Below are positions 62,001-64,000 of a DNA stretch of 64,000 bases, in pieces. Below the pieces are notes generated by a model, which saw only the letters and a list, made by a program, of their open reading frames with translations, was not told the DNA's origin and did no database searches. The stretch is taken from contig JBHGNT010000003.1 of the NCBI GenBank assembly GCA_043228905.1, forward strand, positions 2,294,001-2,358,000, read 5' to 3'. This DNA comes from Azolla caroliniana. Taxonomy: Eukaryota; Plantae; Polypodiophyta. Position 1 is the first letter of the stretch; the number at the start of each line of letters is the position of its first letter. The position numbers and the translations under genes were made by a program.

Positions 62001-63407
62001 CCTTGCCAAACAATGATCACATGTATCTAACTTCACATCTTTTAAACCTGGTAGGACGTTCTTTTTTGCTAGAAAGTCAAGTCCCTTTTCACTAATATGG
62101 GACAATCTCTTATGCCACAATTTTGAAACATCTTGATTTTCAACTACATTGACAAAGTTAGTAGAGACAGAAGCTTGCAAAAGATATAAACCATTGTGAC
62201 AACATTTATTTGCTTTCGCAACAATCAAAGAACCCTTACAGATTTTCCACTTACCATTTTGAGACGCATGGTTATAGCCCTCGTCGTCTAATGTACCTGT
62301 GGAGATTAGATCCAATCTAATATCGGGCACGTGTCGTATTTGATGTAGAATCAACTTGAATCCCGTGTTGGTTTGCAAGCAAATGGTTCCTGTGCCGACT
62401 ACCTTTGCAAATCCATCATTGCCCATCTTCACAACACCATAGTCACCTGGAGTGTAAGATGAGAAAAAATCCCTTCTAGACGTAACATGGTGGGAGGCAC
62501 CACTATCAAGAACCCAAATGGTTTCATGGCTACTTATGTTAACTTCATTGTAACTTGTACATACAACAAGTAAATCATTAGAGGAAGCAACATTAACAGA
62601 ATCGATATTGTCATTCACATTTTTCTTATCTTTCATGTAGTTCGACACTTTATTTTCCTTCTTCCATTTGAAACAATATTTATTTATGTGACCTGTCTTA
62701 CCACAAAAATGACAAACTAAATCTTTATATTTAGACTTTGACTTACTTCTACTTCTACCTTTGTTGTTTCGGTCATCACTCCTCTTTCGGCTTCTTCCTC
62801 TATTTTCAGCAATGAAGGCTTCCATGTTTGATGTTGCTCCTTGCGTCCTTCGCTGCATTTCTTCATTTAGAATTCCACTCTTCACAAGTTCCATTGTCAT
62901 ACCTCCCTTAGGAGCCGCACTAGCTAGAGTGACCCTAAATGTTTCCCATGACTCGGGAAGAGTATTTAGCAACCATAAAGAAAGAACTTCTTCTTCAAAG
63001 TTTATACCCATGCTAGACAATTGATCAAAACATCCTTGAAATTCATTTAAATGATCTAAAACCGACTTATTTTCTTTATAAGTCAAATGCATCGCTTGTT
63101 TGAGTAAAAACAACTTATTATTACCGGTTCTAGAAGCATATAAGGTTTCTAATTTATTCCACAAAGTCTTTGCATTTGTTTCATTCACAACATGATTCAA
63201 GACATTATCTCCTACCCATTGACGAATGAAACCACATACTTGTTCATTTTCAAAATCCCATTCCTCATCATTTTTCTTTTCGGGTTTAATCTTTGTGAAT
63301 ATAGGTAAATGCATATTTTTAACGAAAAGCAAATCTTTCATTTTTCCTTTCCATTTTTGATAGTTCGTGCCATTTAAAACAACCATTGTTGACGTGTTTG
63401 CCTCCAT
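59010..63407 (-). pseudogene. Copia gag-pol, open for about 1070 codons, then broken by an insertion and frameshifts
   Basis: CHFCGKTGHINKYC, WVLDSGAS, IRSDNGGEY, LLYVDDML; resumes TYIERILERFNM below 59800; RTKHIDVRYHW. Confidence 0.93.
59801..60193. mobile_element. About 390-bp non-autonomous insertion with terminal hairpin, CACTA-like inverted repeats and a tRNA-like cassette
   Basis: Splits LWLS/TYIERIL. Hairpin TAGTGTA-TTTCG-TACACTA at 59802-59820; CACTACGTGAA (59816) versus TTATGTAGTG (60187-60196); AAAAGCAT repeats. Confidence 0.65.
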
Positions 63408-64000
63408 TTATAATCGAGCAAAAAAAAACACAACCTCCGCTATGATACCTCTTGATGAGGTATAGACACGTAAGAGTGTAACACGCGTCACGTTTTATGC
63501 TCGATTATAATGAAAAAGAAACAGAAGAAACACACACAATGACACAACAAAGATTACACAAGATTTAACGTGGAAATCCCCTCAATGAGGGAAAAAACCA
63601 CGGGAGAAAAGTCCAAAACCAATCCACTATCACCAAAGAGATATAACACAAGTACAAAATCTACTTCTAGATATACTAGAAATAAGTCGAGATATGTAGC
63701 ATAGTACTACCGACAAAGATGGTAGAATAATCCAAAGGGATAAGAATATCTCTCAAGCATATAAGAGAAAAGAAGAGAGAAGAAAACCCGGATAAGAACG
63801 TCCACAAGTCGAAGTAGTAGCCGTGTAGATCTCACGTTGAGTAGTGGAGATGGAAAGGAGGTTGGGAGTAGATGAGTTGAGCACCAAGCTTCACCAAGCT
63901 TCACTATGCTTCTCTATGCTTCACTATGCTTCACACTCTATGGGTGTGATCCTCACCTCCCACCAGAATCGTCCATTGACGTCCATTCCGAACCTGCCAA

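Larger units (their letters stand above)
58145..63938 (-). mobile_element. Tnt1-like Ty1/Copia retrotransposon inserted in a DUF247 gene
   Basis: LTR 58145-58961 with PPT 58962-58971; second LTR from 63453, similarity broken at 63939; degenerate PBS 63439-63450. Confidence 0.92.

Overview
Nuclear DNA of a land plant, probably a non-flowering one such as a fern or lycophyte (inferred from the psbB insert and the L1/Gypsy types). It is a retrotransposon-dense region built around an array of DUF247 (UPF0481) genes. Two intronless copies are intact (36784-38202 and 40905-42305), at least five are pseudogene relics on both strands, and two 5' fragments of a CYP85-clan P450 sit behind the same upstream block as the DUF247 genes. 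Mobile DNA: a Copia nested in a Copia (10517-16068 inside 7734-18705), five other Copia copies or remnants, a degenerate full-length L1 LINE, a 5'-truncated LINE with a 16-bp TSD, and two members of an unusual Gypsy family. The complete, young Gypsy copy (47372-54630) has an 18-nt tRNA-Trp primer site, a Gag-protease ORF joined to RT-RH-IN by a candidate -1 frameshift signal (G GAT TTT plus pseudoknot), and an 89-bp flanking duplication instead of the usual 4-6 bp. The other copy carries a plastid psbB fragment and a tRNA-like cassette inside its LTR. All calls were made by eye, without database searches.
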